Assembly (NCBI GenBank): GCA_973895155.1
Contig: OZ316896.1
Span: forward strand, 7,199,078-7,263,077
DNA: 64,000 nucleotides
Source: Marsupella aquatica
Lineage: Eukaryota; Plantae; Marchantiophyta
Direction of reading: 5' to 3'
In this document: piece by piece, positions 63,801-64,000 of the stretch
Layout of the letters: every line of letters begins with the position of its first letter
Position numbering within the stretch: position 1 is the stretch's first letter
The notes under the pieces: model-generated
Told to the model about the DNA's origin: nothing
Database searches by the model: none
The model's input: the letters and a program-made list of their open reading frames with translations, nothing else
Position numbers and translations under genes: made by a program

Positions 63801-63883
63801 ACAATCACCTTCTTATCTCCCTTCTTCTCTTGAACAGCAAACCTGCAAACACACCTCCAAGTCTTGTGGCTCCACTCCAACAA
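57815..63883 (-). CDS. Intact single-ORF Gag-Pol polyprotein (likely ATG at 63793)
   Basis: Gag, three CCHC knuckles, VDGGSG protease, FIDD RT, RNase H and HHCC/DDE/GPY integrase in Gypsy order; no chromodomain and no second RNase H seen. Confidence 0.97.
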   Translation of the reverse strand: MLEWSHKTWRCVCRFAVQEKKGDKKVIVSGMPTTRSQALKEASLSFNFGDQLEQPDWVDIHLQAEAEPGVGWSDTSSSTTNTSEDQEAAMVVTQRARFQYKTFHGKPKEDPDAWLEDFIGTAQANGEFDIKLTTLAGVLRGEARPWFNSLSNAIKNDWDAFKLAFLQEFRKVGEESEALIKMGEIRMGSKESVRRFLQRFQRLATKLDPRPVDSMLLAWFVASLPKKMGVSVRQSHPNTLDEAIEAAQSYRSAEISSSKSRRKKKRFAYSDSSSSSSESSSSVEDTSESESEESSSSSDSESDSEEDSEKKKKKKKKKAKRKSDQKRRASKKKPGGKHHKSATFNLVEGSTPATKEKKVMDNKMSEITNQLKALSVHFAGVQPDRRKVPVNRAHVWCVKCKSFGHTPQECQGWRNQVQYVNEESNDVYQASEVVDYFYEEAPEMVYQISGGPRTLQGRPAPPMAPQLMPGLQPRMVDQMGPQGPGGVARTTVVICWNCQKPGHYSNSCPEPRRQGQGAPYPLCAVCKREGHTTANCPIGSAAKMMIGRIEAPPPAVAKAPGEATVNFLSMEWQEEAKDGVTQVAGGENQPDLPGMETPEEEAVCYKVSTRSTRKKERVEERKKRKERKEHSTESPIEVEVGAEVQVPPAEDSDYKRDHPKLFYPKVNEEVKRQLEEMEAKEHQEAINKDLKVAKALKEKAEVEEKKETSKVPSYDIKKDVKDCLVTATVGQLIKDNPLYRRQLKEMLVGRRRRKLPKVGTPADVMMVCEDLGAPEIDVQVNGCVLSYVPVDGGSGVNIMIEATAQQLGFKKLQPTARTMRLANGARVLPVGTLTQVPTLIGGQEFLLNYLVMRPARPSTYPILIGRPWLYGAKVVSDWGKKEFRFGKPATSVSWGHDKHQGETTDELDEYDSELSDELSTKSESDEDEVYMLNMVSQWTEEEVFGEEQEQEALTSHSPLPSLSEVTSLEEVKQAETSAKESNQEDTITMAQEVDQTSKGAAQVEIKTRSNDQRLKAKHLALLKLKIKELEDQLKAANSEEDETQEDQHSSKEKEELSAENAPVYGGMRLAQLEGTFDSTMRNKMEVIRAEQYRTISVQQDKTFNLGNALGSGEEKTIQDLLGEYVDVFAWSHLDLTGVNPELGEHRIDLMLGASPVRQRQYRMNPKYSLMVKEEIDKLLEAGFIYPVLNSEWVSPIVIVPKKPGLDGKPKIRVCQDFRKLNEATKKDHYPIPFTDMVLDLVAGWEVYSFLDGYSGYNQIWIRKEDQLKTAFTTEWGIYAFRRMPFGLCNAPGMFQRLMMNIFHDYLRKFLEVFIDDFAVFGRGKDHVEHLRMTFQRCREVGLKLHPGKCFFGVEEGILLGHKVSKKGIEVDQEKVAVWMAVKFPTSVTELRGFLGCLNYYRRFIKDFAKVALPLTSMLKKGAEVEPSVERLASFQELKNRLVEAPILIAPDWSREFHVYVDVSGFCIGVVLSQLDDQNRDHPIYFASRLLAPAEKNYSPTDREALGIIYSCKKFRHYLLGYKVVFHTDHNALKYMVNKPDVTGRVARWILLLQEFDYEVRVRPGKKHGNADFFSRIEGEEDLKEVDDQFPDEDLFHVGSGGDTWYLDIIQFLLTTRLPRDLNQEEAAVFLRKIRPYLLVKGVLHKEGVDGRLRRCLEKKEISIVMRAMHEEEAGGHYASATTARKILDAGYWWPTLHKDVSLFVRGCDPCQRTGKPAHSRHHPLTTILPLAPFEKWGIDFIGPITPVTRSRRNRYILLATDYATKWVEARPTSKDNALTVARFMYQQIFTRFGPPLELVSDRGTHFLNEVVEELTNHYLIKHRKTTPYHPKANGLTERANGIIGKILNKTVAAHKTDWDDKLYSAVYSYNLAFKTTTGHSPFYLVFGQHSLVPVEFEVPTLRVSVEERMEADQSLMERAYQLEELEEIREEASKQVKKKQAQVKQHHDKKLKKPTSLLAGQLVLLYDSRYAHFPGKLHTRWLGPYVVHQVYANGSIQLATLEGEVFPTRVHHDRLKRYFNQE

Positions 63884-63899
63884 AAACTGTAAAGAGTTG

Positions 63900-63917
63900 T
63901 CCCCGGCAGCGGCGCCA
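63900..63917 (-). other. Primer-binding site of D (tRNA-Asp type, as in Athila)
   Basis: TGGCGCCGCTGCCGGGGA. Confidence 0.8.
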
Positions 63918-64000
63918 AAAACAAGGGTGGGACTCTATGTCAAACACTTGCCAAGGAGCTTAAGCGGCTTTTCTCCCCAAAAGACTACCTAATACCTGCT

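Larger units (their letters stand above)
54592..64000 (-). mobile_element. Family D full-length non-chromovirus Ty3/Gypsy (Athila-like); 5' LTR runs off the window
   Basis: 3' LTR 54592-57774, PPT, intact Gag-Pol, PBS, and 5' LTR from 63938 identical to the start of 54592 over the visible 63 bp. Confidence 0.95.

Overview
This window is eukaryotic, plant-like, transposon-saturated DNA with no recognisable host gene, rRNA, tRNA or CRISPR array. It is a nest of non-chromovirus Ty3/Gypsy LTR retrotransposons from four families, labelled here A-D. It also holds five pieces of one young RTE/RTEX-like LINE with a (CATTAC)n tail, a Mutator-like (MULE) element with SWIM zinc fingers, and an old long inverted-repeat element. 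Main observation: families B and C have giant LTRs (about 4.7 and 4.0 kb) that each carry a long sense-strand protein ORF (about 1140-1230 and 880 codons) inside the LTR. The evidence is TG...CA solo LTRs with 5-bp target-site duplications (TSDs) and, for B, polypurine tract (PPT) and primer-binding site (PBS) positions at the same boundaries. These LTR proteins, and a truncated family A relative, share a globular domain followed by a long coiled coil. Related family D has an intact ~2000-aa Gag-Pol but LTRs with no long ORF. All comparisons were made by eye; no database search was run.
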